A stretch of 12,827 bases of DNA from a virus, in UHGV virus genome UHGV-0112014; one strand, 5' to 3'. Positions 1-6,373 of this stretch are shown piece after piece. Every line of letters begins with the position of its first letter. Positions within the stretch are counted from its first letter, which is position 1. A program made the position numbers and the translations under genes. Under the pieces are notes generated by a model. It did no database searches. It saw only the letters and a list, made by a program, of their open reading frames with translations, and was not told where the DNA came from.

Positions 1-1
1 C

Positions 2-1660
2 ATGAATAAGATTAGTTTTTCGGTAGGGCAGGCAGCTGGCGTTGCTGTAATGGCGGTAAATGCTGACGCTACCCTCACCAATACCAGCGGTGGCGCATCT
101 GTCTTTGCTGGGCTTGTAATATCGCGTCGTGGCGCACCGGGTAAAGTGCTGAAAGTTGACGATACGACTTATCAAAGCGTATTAGGTTCACCTATTCACC
201 CTCACCTGGGATCGGCATTTGAACCATACCGCCACGTGGAGCGTGCCGTAAAAGGTGGCTCTGGTTATGTCGTTCGTGTTTGCGCTAAAGACATGAAGGT
301 GCCGGGAATTTCTGTTTCCGTCGCGAGCAGAGCAAAAGCGGCAAAGGCCAACAAAACACTTACCGTGGAACCTGCTGAAACCACAGTAAATCCAGGTGAC
401 ACATTGAGCGTGGGTGTTGCTTCAACTGCAACGACACAATCAGTAACTTTCACACCAAAAGAAACTCCCCAGATTAAAGACGAAGGGAAGGCATTATTCT
501 TCATCAAAGATGGTGATGCATCTCAAAATCGCACGTTATCACTAACTCGCGATGATGAAGAAAGTGAACTCTTTACGCTGACGCTGAAAGAAAAACAAAC
601 CGATGGGTCTGTTGAGGTGCTGGAAAGCCACCAGGTGTCCTTCAATCCAGAAGGCACTAACGACATGGGCCAACCAGCATGGATTCCGACACTGCTTGAA
701 AGCCAGTCCACTCGCATTGGTGCCGTCCTGGCAGATAATGCGGAAGCATCTGCTGCTCAACTCATGTTTGAGGATGTGGCTTTTGAAGGCGGCACTGATG
801 GCGATTTGTCCACCATTGACACCGAAGACTATCTGGAAGCATTAAAGGTTCTCGAAGCCTCGGAGGTTAATTACACCGCATTACTGTCACTGGGCTGCTA
901 TGACGCATCCGCCTTAGCCGCGCTCAAAAATCTGGCAGAAGACGTTCGTGTAGACATGTTCTACGACCTGAAGGGCAACCAGACACCAGAAAATGCCATT
1001 TCAGAAGCTAAAAGCCATAGTTTTGGTGGCTCACACCAGCCAAGCCGCTACTACTTCCCATTCTCCTGCCGAGATACCTTCACCGGTATGAATGTTGTTT
1101 ACGGCATCAGTTGCGATGCATTCGTAGCAAAAGCAAGAGGGGTGGCTCTGGTATCGGATGTTGGCGGCTGGCATTACGCTCCGGCAGGTATATCACGCGC
1201 GATTATTGATCGACAGAATATTGCCCGAATTCCAAATATCGGTGCGGTTGATCGCGAAGCATTCGTTGTCGCACGCATTAACCCAGTTTCTGTTGCTGCT
1301 GATGGTTCTGTCTACATCGACGACTCTTTAACAACTTTCAGTAAAAACAACTACCTGCGATTCCAGCATGTTTCGTCTCTGATGAATGCTATTGCCCGTA
1401 ATTTCTATGAAGTAGCACTGGCGATTAAACATGAACCGGATGGCATTACCCAGGCGACGCTGATGAAAGCAATGACTGAATTGCTTGACCGTTACGTTGC
1501 ATCCGGTGCGCTGGTTACTCCCCGTGACAAGTCTCAGGGCGAAGATCCATATGTTGTCCAGGTTGTCCAGAAAGACATCGATCTGTGGGAAGTGTCCTGG
1601 TCTGTTTGCCCGACCGGTACAGCTCGCCGAATCGTCGGTAAACCAATTCTGATGCGCTGA
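2..1660 (+). CDS. Contractile tail sheath protein (552 aa) with a central Ig-like/Thr-rich insertion
   Basis: Intact ORF from ATG at nt 2 to TGA at 1658-1660. Because the ATG is at nt 2, a start upstream of the window cannot be excluded. The C-terminal half carries recalled sheath-family motifs (GGWHYAPAG, then ARINPVSVAADGSVYIDDSLTT, resembling the APAG and N.iR...vwGarT blocks). Residues about 100-230 (KTLTVEPAETTVNPGDTLSVGVASTATTQSVTFTPKET...) look like an inserted beta-rich domain. Confidence 0.85.
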   Translation: MNKISFSVGQAAGVAVMAVNADATLTNTSGGASVFAGLVISRRGAPGKVLKVDDTTYQSVLGSPIHPHLGSAFEPYRHVERAVKGGSGYVVRVCAKDMKVPGISVSVASRAKAAKANKTLTVEPAETTVNPGDTLSVGVASTATTQSVTFTPKETPQIKDEGKALFFIKDGDASQNRTLSLTRDDEESELFTLTLKEKQTDGSVEVLESHQVSFNPEGTNDMGQPAWIPTLLESQSTRIGAVLADNAEASAAQLMFEDVAFEGGTDGDLSTIDTEDYLEALKVLEASEVNYTALLSLGCYDASALAALKNLAEDVRVDMFYDLKGNQTPENAISEAKSHSFGGSHQPSRYYFPFSCRDTFTGMNVVYGISCDAFVAKARGVALVSDVGGWHYAPAGISRAIIDRQNIARIPNIGAVDREAFVVARINPVSVAADGSVYIDDSLTTFSKNNYLRFQHVSSLMNAIARNFYEVALAIKHEPDGITQATLMKAMTELLDRYVASGALVTPRDKSQGEDPYVVQVVQKDIDLWEVSWSVCPTGTARRIVGKPILMR

Positions 1661-1667
1661 TTTATTA

Positions 1668-1687
1668 CCCCCGCAGAAATGCGGGGG
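1668..1687. terminator. Perfect GC-rich stem-loop (CCCCCGC-AGAAAT-GCGGGGG) between sheath and next gene; possible attenuator or RNA-processing/stabilising hairpin
   Basis: 7-bp perfect inverted repeat with a 6-nt loop, read directly. There is no downstream U-tract on either strand, so it is not a canonical intrinsic terminator. Confidence 0.3.
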
Positions 1688-1701
1688 AGAGAGGTTTGAA
1701 A

Positions 1702-2427
1702 ATGAAAAATTATACTGCTGATCCTTTTATGCGTGCGATTTTTGGTTCTGGCTGCTTTGAAAGCGGTGATAAATCTACGCCGGGAAATGATGATAAAGCC
1801 ATGCTGGAAAGCGCCGAACAGAAAACTCAAACAAAGCCAAAAGAAGATATTGAAACCGCGATGATGGAAGCGGTTGAGTCTCGCGCACAAGGAGATATGC
1901 GCAGCCTGGCGGCTTCCATGCTTGCAGGCTGGATTGAAGATGGCGATCCAGAAGCTGACTCATTTGATGCGTTAGCAATCACTATGGCTGGCCTGGCTGA
2001 TATCGATGAAGACACCGATTTTACCGATGAACAAGTCGATGCTTATAACGATGCTCTTGCAGCCCTTGCAGATGCTGCTGTTGCGCTTGGCGCAGACCAG
2101 GACGACGTGACCGAGATGATCGACGATGAAGATGACTCTGCTGCCGAACGTGTATATGACGCGCTTTCCGAAAGCGACGCCGACATGATGGAAGCGGCTA
2201 TTGCCATTTACACCGTTGCTGGTGGTGACAGCGCAATGCTGGAAGCGGTACGTAAAAAAGTGGTCCGTGATGGCAAGGTTACCATTATCCGTAAGCGCCC
2301 GCGCCCTCGCCGCATGACATCATTGCAAAAACAGGCGCTGAAAAAAGCACGCCGCAAAGCGCATACATCCGTAGCAAATATCAACCGCAAAAAATCAATG
2401 CGCATTCGCAAAAAACGCGGTTTGTAA
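1702..2427 (+). CDS. Hypothetical protein with a strongly acidic Asp/Glu/Ala-rich N-terminal body (about 200 aa) and a strongly basic Arg/Lys-rich C-terminal tail (about 45 aa)
   Basis: ORF track gives 1696 (TTG); the ATG at 1702 is preferred because GAGAGG at 1688-1693 sits 8 nt upstream. TAA stop at 2425-2427. Composition is read from the translation (...DIDEDTDFTDEQVDAYNDALAALADAA... then RKRPRPRRMTSLQKQALKKARRKAHTSVANINRKKSMRIRKKRGL). No family recognised. Confidence 0.75.
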   Translation: MKNYTADPFMRAIFGSGCFESGDKSTPGNDDKAMLESAEQKTQTKPKEDIETAMMEAVESRAQGDMRSLAASMLAGWIEDGDPEADSFDALAITMAGLADIDEDTDFTDEQVDAYNDALAALADAAVALGADQDDVTEMIDDEDDSAAERVYDALSESDADMMEAAIAIYTVAGGDSAMLEAVRKKVVRDGKVTIIRKRPRPRRMTSLQKQALKKARRKAHTSVANINRKKSMRIRKKRGL

Positions 2428-2434
2428 GTGACAC

Positions 2435-2456
2435 AGGCCACCTGCAAAGGTGGCCT
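2435..2456. terminator. GC-rich stem-loop (AGGCCACC-TGCAAA-GGTGGCCT) after the acidic-protein gene; weak terminator or attenuator candidate
   Basis: 8-bp perfect inverted repeat with a 6-nt loop, followed by CTATCT (weakly T-rich). Confidence 0.3.
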
Positions 2457-2476
2457 CTATCTGGGAGGAATAGCGT

Positions 2477-3067
2477 TTGATTTGCGGCGCGATAATGCCT
2501 GATGGAATAAGTCCATTGATGAAGGTTTATATCCTCTCCCCTGAGGATATGGTCGTCGGTTATATCGGTGAAGGATCTACCGCAGAACTGTCTTCAATGT
2601 GGCAATCACCATTTGAAAACCAGTCAGTCGGGGGCTTGCTTGGCGGTATTAGCGCAGCGGCTGGCTCTCTCGCTGATACACTTCAGACCGCAACCGGCGT
2701 AACAACAAAGACCCTCTTTAACTCAATGCTTGTTTGGGAAGGTCAGCAACCGCCTGAATTTAATCTGGTTATTGACTTCATGGCGACAGTAAACGCGCAA
2801 CTTGAAGTGAACGCAGCCATTACAGCATTACTGAAGATGGAATCGCCGGAACTGAACAATGTAGCGCCATTCGGTCGCCGCCCGGAGACGGTAACGTTAA
2901 ACATAGGTAGAAACATAGCCCTTACCGACGTCGTTATCAAAAGCGTGAGTTACCAACTGGACGCTCCGCGCACACCGGAAGGCTATTTCACTCATAACAC
3001 GGTAACCCTGCAATGCAGCGGAAACACCTCTATTAACCGTAGCAATATCTCATCTGTTTTTGTGTAG
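2477..3067 (+). CDS. Tail structural protein, possibly tube-family or tube-initiator-like (196 aa)
   Basis: TTG start at 2477 with GGAGG at 2464-2468 (8-nt spacer); TAG stop at 3065-3067. Position between sheath and a gp19-like tube gene; beta-rich composition. Functional assignment is weak. Confidence 0.55.
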   Translation: MICGAIMPDGISPLMKVYILSPEDMVVGYIGEGSTAELSSMWQSPFENQSVGGLLGGISAAAGSLADTLQTATGVTTKTLFNSMLVWEGQQPPEFNLVIDFMATVNAQLEVNAAITALLKMESPELNNVAPFGRRPETVTLNIGRNIALTDVVIKSVSYQLDAPRTPEGYFTHNTVTLQCSGNTSINRSNISSVFV

Positions 3068-3075
3068 GAGTATTT

Positions 3076-3567
3076 ATGTCCGGTTTTGCAAATACAAAAT
3101 CCGATATGGCCTTTCTGAAATCCCGGTTTAATAAAAACCTGGCTGCGGGCGAAAAACTTATTGGCTCTGAATATTGGATGACCATTAAAGGTTATGAGCA
3201 TCTGTCTGTACTGGTTCGTACTGCTCAGTTACCAGAAATGACACGCGAAGATGTGGAAGATTACGCTCCTGGTGGCATGAAATTCAACCAGCACGGACCA
3301 TTACGCAACTCTGGTGAATTTCAGGTCACATGTGCGGAAACTATCGAGGGCGCAGTTCTCGCCGCTGTAAAACAAATGGTATACGGCAAAGAATATCTGG
3401 AAATTACCTTACAGGCAGCGGCTGAATCCAATAGCGGTAACCATAAAGGTCTGATCCGCACATATTCTCACTGCAAAGTGTATTCCGACGCCGTGGACTT
3501 CTCCTCCGAAGACGTAACGGCAGTCGTTAAGCCTTCCCTGCGCATTGTTTACAACTGGGCAGAATAA
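3076..3567 (+). CDS. Tail tube protein, T4 gp19-like family (163 aa)
   Basis: ATG at 3076 with AGGAG at 3066-3070. Same length as T4 gp19, and the layout (...TAQLPE...GEFQVTCAE... C-terminal ...YNWAE) resembles the recalled gp19 pattern (...TALPA...TVTV... ending YWE). Not verified by alignment. Confidence 0.6.
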   Translation: MSGFANTKSDMAFLKSRFNKNLAAGEKLIGSEYWMTIKGYEHLSVLVRTAQLPEMTREDVEDYAPGGMKFNQHGPLRNSGEFQVTCAETIEGAVLAAVKQMVYGKEYLEITLQAAAESNSGNHKGLIRTYSHCKVYSDAVDFSSEDVTAVVKPSLRIVYNWAE

Positions 3568-3574
3568 TCCCCGC

Positions 3575-3593
3575 TCCCGCCCTTGTGGCGGGA
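3575..3593. terminator. GC-rich stem-loop (TCCCGCC-CTTGT-GGCGGGA) after the tube gene
   Basis: 7-bp perfect inverted repeat with a 5-nt loop. Third intergenic hairpin of the same style in this operon. Confidence 0.3.
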
Positions 3594-3611
3594 ACTCCTT
3601 GCATTTGAGTT

Positions 3612-4172
3612 GTGGGTACGATGACACCAACCGAATTATTAGAAAGCGTTAAAGCACGATTTAATCCACTGCTTGTGCGTGAAGAAGAAACGCTGAAAGC
3701 CTTCCTGATCAAAGCACTGACAACGTATCAGGACAGGGCAGGGGTAGTGAAAACATTAAAACTTGAAAAAGATGGTGGCACGGCAATCCCATTGCCAGAA
3801 GATTATCTCTCTCTGGTCCATGTTACCGACAACAATGGCCTGCTGGTCTATTCGGATGAATTATCCGGCTTTATTGAATTAGAGCTAACAGGTGCAGAAC
3901 GCTGGCCTTTTCGGATGCTGTATCTGGTTAATCTACGCGACAGAAAGCTGGATGAATGGCAAGTGCCGCCAGCGATCATTGGGATGCTGGAGGAGTATCT
4001 GGAGGCGCTTATCAATGTCAGAAATGTCGCCCGGCAGCGGCGAGCGTCCATCGACGGAAAATTTGACTACTCCGATCTACCCGATGAAGCAACGCTATAT
4101 GCCCGCGTGCAGGAGATTGAGGAAAAAATGTCTTCAAACCGGGCAATCATTCCGGGGGCTACCATTTTTTAA
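3612..4172 (+). CDS. Hypothetical tail-module protein (186 aa)
   Basis: ORF with GTG at 3612 (alternative ATG at 3621), neither with a strong SD; TAA stop. Co-oriented and tightly packed within the tail cluster. No motif recognised. Confidence 0.55.
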   Translation: MGTMTPTELLESVKARFNPLLVREEETLKAFLIKALTTYQDRAGVVKTLKLEKDGGTAIPLPEDYLSLVHVTDNNGLLVYSDELSGFIELELTGAERWPFRMLYLVNLRDRKLDEWQVPPAIIGMLEEYLEALINVRNVARQRRASIDGKFDYSDLPDEATLYARVQEIEEKMSSNRAIIPGATIF

Positions 4173-4187
4173 CGCTGGAGGCGCAGA

Positions 4188-4895
4188 GTGAGTATTTTCA
4201 GCAGCGTTGGTAGAACGTTGACCACCGCATTGTCATTTAACACGAAATCATTCACCAGCAACCTCATTAGCGACATTCTTGATAAAGCCATATCAGGCGG
4301 CGGGGTAAGCGGGAATTACAGTAGCGATATTGCCTACGGGGAAAATATTGTTGCTGCCGCTATGCGTATCCGTTATGCCCAGGGATGGCAATGGACAGTT
4401 GAAGTGGATGGCCTGAACGGCTTCGATATGTTCGTGAAGGATATCACGTACAGCAGTGGAAACATCGAGACAGAAAGCAAGGTGATCGGCAGCGTAGAAT
4501 TCAGCAAGCCAACCTATGTTAGCGCCGGACCGGTCACTATGACCGTGAGGGATACCGAAGATGGCAAGATCATGGACTGGTTCAAAGAACGTCGTTCTCG
4601 CGTAACAAATCCGGACGGAACAATAAACCTTCCTCCTGAATATCTGATGAAAATCCGTCTCTACCGGGTAACTCAGGACGGCGGAAAAGAACTGGAAGAA
4701 GAAATGCGCGTATTTCCTACGCAACTTGGGGAGATCACACGCTCACGTGATCAGGTATCAGAGTTCTTGTCATACCCAATCACTTTCCAGAAATACACAT
4801 CCGCAGGCTCAGGTGTTTCTGCTTTGGTCAACGGTGCCGCAGGTATGGCCACAAGTGCGTTAAAGGGGGCTATCAGTGGAGTGATCAAATTCTGA
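4188..4895 (+). CDS. Hypothetical tail-module protein (235 aa) with a Gly/Ala-rich C-terminus
   Basis: GTG start at 4188 with GGAGG at 4177-4181 (6-nt spacer); TGA stop at 4893-4895. Last gene of the first + strand block. Confidence 0.6.
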   Translation: MSIFSSVGRTLTTALSFNTKSFTSNLISDILDKAISGGGVSGNYSSDIAYGENIVAAAMRIRYAQGWQWTVEVDGLNGFDMFVKDITYSSGNIETESKVIGSVEFSKPTYVSAGPVTMTVRDTEDGKIMDWFKERRSRVTNPDGTINLPPEYLMKIRLYRVTQDGGKELEEEMRVFPTQLGEITRSRDQVSEFLSYPITFQKYTSAGSGVSALVNGAAGMATSALKGAISGVIKF

Positions 4896-4985
4896 GATGC
4901 TTTAATTATGTGTGCTGGCGGGATGATCATTTCCCGTCAGCAACCACGCCCCCAACGATAGCGGGTAGGGAAGGAAGCGCAATTT

Positions 4986-5230
4986 TGAGGGCATTTTTTA
5001 CATCATCAATCCATCTGTAATGATGGCATTATTTACACATTCCAATGTAATCAATAAGTTAATCTAACAAACGATTAAGGAAAAAAGCAATAAGAATGCC
5101 AGACACACACGATATAGATTGAGGGTAATTTTTACATAACCTTTACCTATCAATATGTTACATAAAAACATAAACTGCAAACGACAAGATACATGCGATT
5201 TAGATGTAAAAATTGCCCTCAATTGCCCTT
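4986..5230. repeat. Iteron-like repeats downstream of rep (incC-like): direct copies at 4986-5004 and 5120-5137, inverted copy at 5205-5222 plus a partial at 5223-5230
   Basis: TGAGGGCATTTTTTACATC, TGAGGGTAATTTTTACAT and the reverse complement ATGTAAAAATTGCCCTCAA share the TGAGGG(C/T)AA core of the upstream iterons. 5113-5137 and 5197-5222 form a head-to-head pair flanking an AT-rich spacer. Confidence 0.55.
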
Positions 5231-5561
5231 AAGACTGTTGATAGGTAAATTTTATCCTGGCAACTTTGCCGCCTTCCGTCACTTCTGAGAAGACTATTTT
5301 CATTTTTGTATTTTTTTCAATCTCTGCTACAGCCTTCGTTAAAAAACTTCTCTTAAATTCAGCATACCGCTGGTAGCTTTTTGGCAGCCCGTAACGCTCC
5401 CGCATCCATTCAACGCCAAGTATAGCGAAGCCGCTCCCATCATCCTTTCTATACTGGCATAAGGACTCATAAAGCCGCATAGAATAAGGGTTTGTCAGGC
5501 GAGACACTTCAGTAAAATTCAGCCTCGTGAACCTCTTATCAAGCAGAGTAAAAAACGGCAT
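5229..5561 (-). pseudogene. repE: C-terminal fragment of the repE-like initiator (WH2/iteron-binding region) downstream of the amber codon
   Basis: Sub-feature of the pseudogene above. In frame with the N-terminal fragment, with no convincing independent SD before the ATG at 5559-5561. Confidence 0.55.
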
Positions 5562-5585
5562 GAGATATGGATTCAGATGAATAAT

Positions 5586-5984
5586 CTAAGTCCCCCGGCG
5601 TGGTGAGTAAGCCTCCTTAATCATCCAGGGATAAGACTCATAACTGTCTTCTGATTCGGTTGATTCATCAGGGTTATATATCGTGACTTTCTTCTCACTA
5701 AGTCCGGAGATAGCTTTACGAATATCCTTGCTGGCTTCAGCAGAGGGCAAATTATACATCTCTGCATATTCGTTGACCGTCAACTCACAGGCTCCTGAAC
5801 CAAGAACGCCATCCTTAGAAGCATAGCGAAGTCTTCCCACCACAATAAACAACAGTCGCTTTTGGTCGCGTGTCAGATGATAAGCCGCCTCTGTGATCTC
5901 ATTAGCCTGCGCCAAGCTACGGCTAATTGGTGTCGCTGATTCAATCAGACTGACGGCTTTTGCCGTTAATTCCGCTCTGTTCAT
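5586..5984 (-). CDS. repE: N-terminal fragment of the repE-like initiator (132 aa, WH1/dimerisation region), terminated by the amber codon
   Basis: Sub-feature of the pseudogene above. It has its own start and plausible SD, so a truncated product could be made. Confidence 0.6.
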   Translation of the reverse strand: MNRAELTAKAVSLIESATPISRSLAQANEITEAAYHLTRDQKRLLFIVVGRLRYASKDGVLGSGACELTVNEYAEMYNLPSAEASKDIRKAISGLSEKKVTIYNPDESTESEDSYESYPWMIKEAYSPRRGT

Positions 5985-6008
5985 AACCCTGTGTGATCCT
6001 TCAAATGG

Positions 6009-6130
6009 TGAGGGCAATTTTTACATCCCTTTGAGGGCAATTACTACACCTTTTGAGGGCAAATCTTACACCTACTGAGGGCAAATCTTACACCTTAATA
6101 GCTTAATTGAGGGCAAATCTTACACCTTGC
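6009..6130. repeat. Origin iteron array: five direct repeats of about 22 bp (consensus TGAGGGCAAATCTTACACCT) immediately upstream of rep
   Basis: TGAGGGCAA cores at 6009, 6032, 6054, 6076 and 6108, giving spacings of 23, 22, 22 and 32 bp (about two helical turns). The last three copies are near-identical. The core resembles recalled F ori2/incC iterons (...AATTGCCCTCA in the other orientation). Confidence 0.8.
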
Positions 6131-6164
6131 TCCTCTACAAGCCGCGCCACGCTTGGCCTCTGCG

Positions 6165-6230
6165 ATGCCTAAAAAGGATCTAAAAATGATTAAAAATGGA
6201 AAAAGATTTATAAAAATACTCTGTGGATAT
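6165..6230. promoter_or_regulatory. AT-rich tract (candidate DNA-unwinding element) followed by a DnaA-box-like site TGTGGATAT (6222-6230)
   Basis: AAAAAGGATCTAAAAATGATTAAAAATGGAAAAAGATTTATAAAAATACT, then TGTGGATAT, which is 8/9 to the reverse-complement DnaA-box consensus TGTGGATAA. Sits between the iteron array and an inverted iteron copy. Confidence 0.5.
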
Positions 6231-6247
6231 GTGAATAGCGTCACTTA

Positions 6248-6268
6248 AGGTGTAAAAATCACCCTCAA
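6248..6268. repeat. Single inverted iteron copy (AGGTGTAAAAATCACCCTCAA) on the far side of the DnaA box
   Basis: Reverse complement TTGAGGGTGATTTTTACACCT matches the iteron consensus apart from a C-to-T change within the conserved core and a few mismatches in the body. Confidence 0.5.
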
Positions 6269-6373
6269 TAGTTGCTGTTCGATCGACGAAATCATCACTC
6301 AATCCCCCCCTCCGAAATCACACACTCCCTATCCTCTGGAAAATGAACAGACACCTGCTTATCGGAGGAATAC

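Larger units (their letters stand above)
5229..5984 (-). pseudogene. repE: repE-like (Rep_3 family, F-plasmid RepE-type) replication initiator, 251 codons, interrupted by one in-frame amber codon at 5586-5588
   Basis: ORFs 5586..6017 and 5229..5561 are in the same frame, separated by a TAG and 8 sense codons. The likely start is the ATG at 5982-5984 (MNRAELTAK..., AGGA 12 nt upstream). Recalled RepE-like motifs are present (TEAAYHLTRDQKRLLF, SAEASKDIR, SYPWMIKEAYSPRRG, NPYLMPFF, NPYSMRLYESLCQYRKDDGSG). Read-through length of 251 aa matches recalled F RepE length. Confidence 0.8.

Noticed and set aside
265-760. Antisense ORFs (265..507, 523..717, 542..760, -) and an out-of-frame sense ORF (603..845, +) inside the sheath gene
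   Set aside because: Fully embedded in a well-supported sheath CDS, with no SD and odd Cys/Trp/Ser-rich composition. These are typical shadow ORFs.
1668-3593. The three intergenic hairpins as canonical rho-independent terminators
   Set aside because: None is followed by a U-tract on either strand, so they are listed only as low-confidence attenuator or processing candidates.
3892-4191. + strand ORF overlapping the 3' half of the 186-aa gene, considered as a G/GT-style programmed frameshift extension of a tail chaperone
   Set aside because: It extends only 19 nt past the main stop, the translation is Trp/Cys/Arg-rich and not protein-like, and I found no slippery heptamer. A shadow ORF is more likely.
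5229-6017. Treating 5586..6017 and 5229..5561 as two independent genes
   Set aside because: Both are in the same frame, separated by one TAG plus 8 sense codons, and together reconstitute a full-length RepE-like protein across its conserved linker. The ORF-track start at 6017 (TTG) also overlaps the first iteron, so the ATG at 5984 is preferred.
6009-6130. Direct repeat array considered as a CRISPR array
   Set aside because: Repeats are about 22 bp with almost no unique spacer between them and sit immediately upstream of a rep gene. This is iteron architecture, not repeat-spacer architecture.
6166-6249. Small ORF (about 27 codons, MPKKDLKMIKNGKRFIKILCGYVNSVT) in the AT-rich origin region
   Set aside because: It lies within the AT-rich unwinding tract and DnaA box, has no SD, and its Lys/Ile/Asn-rich translation is what AT-rich DNA gives by chance.
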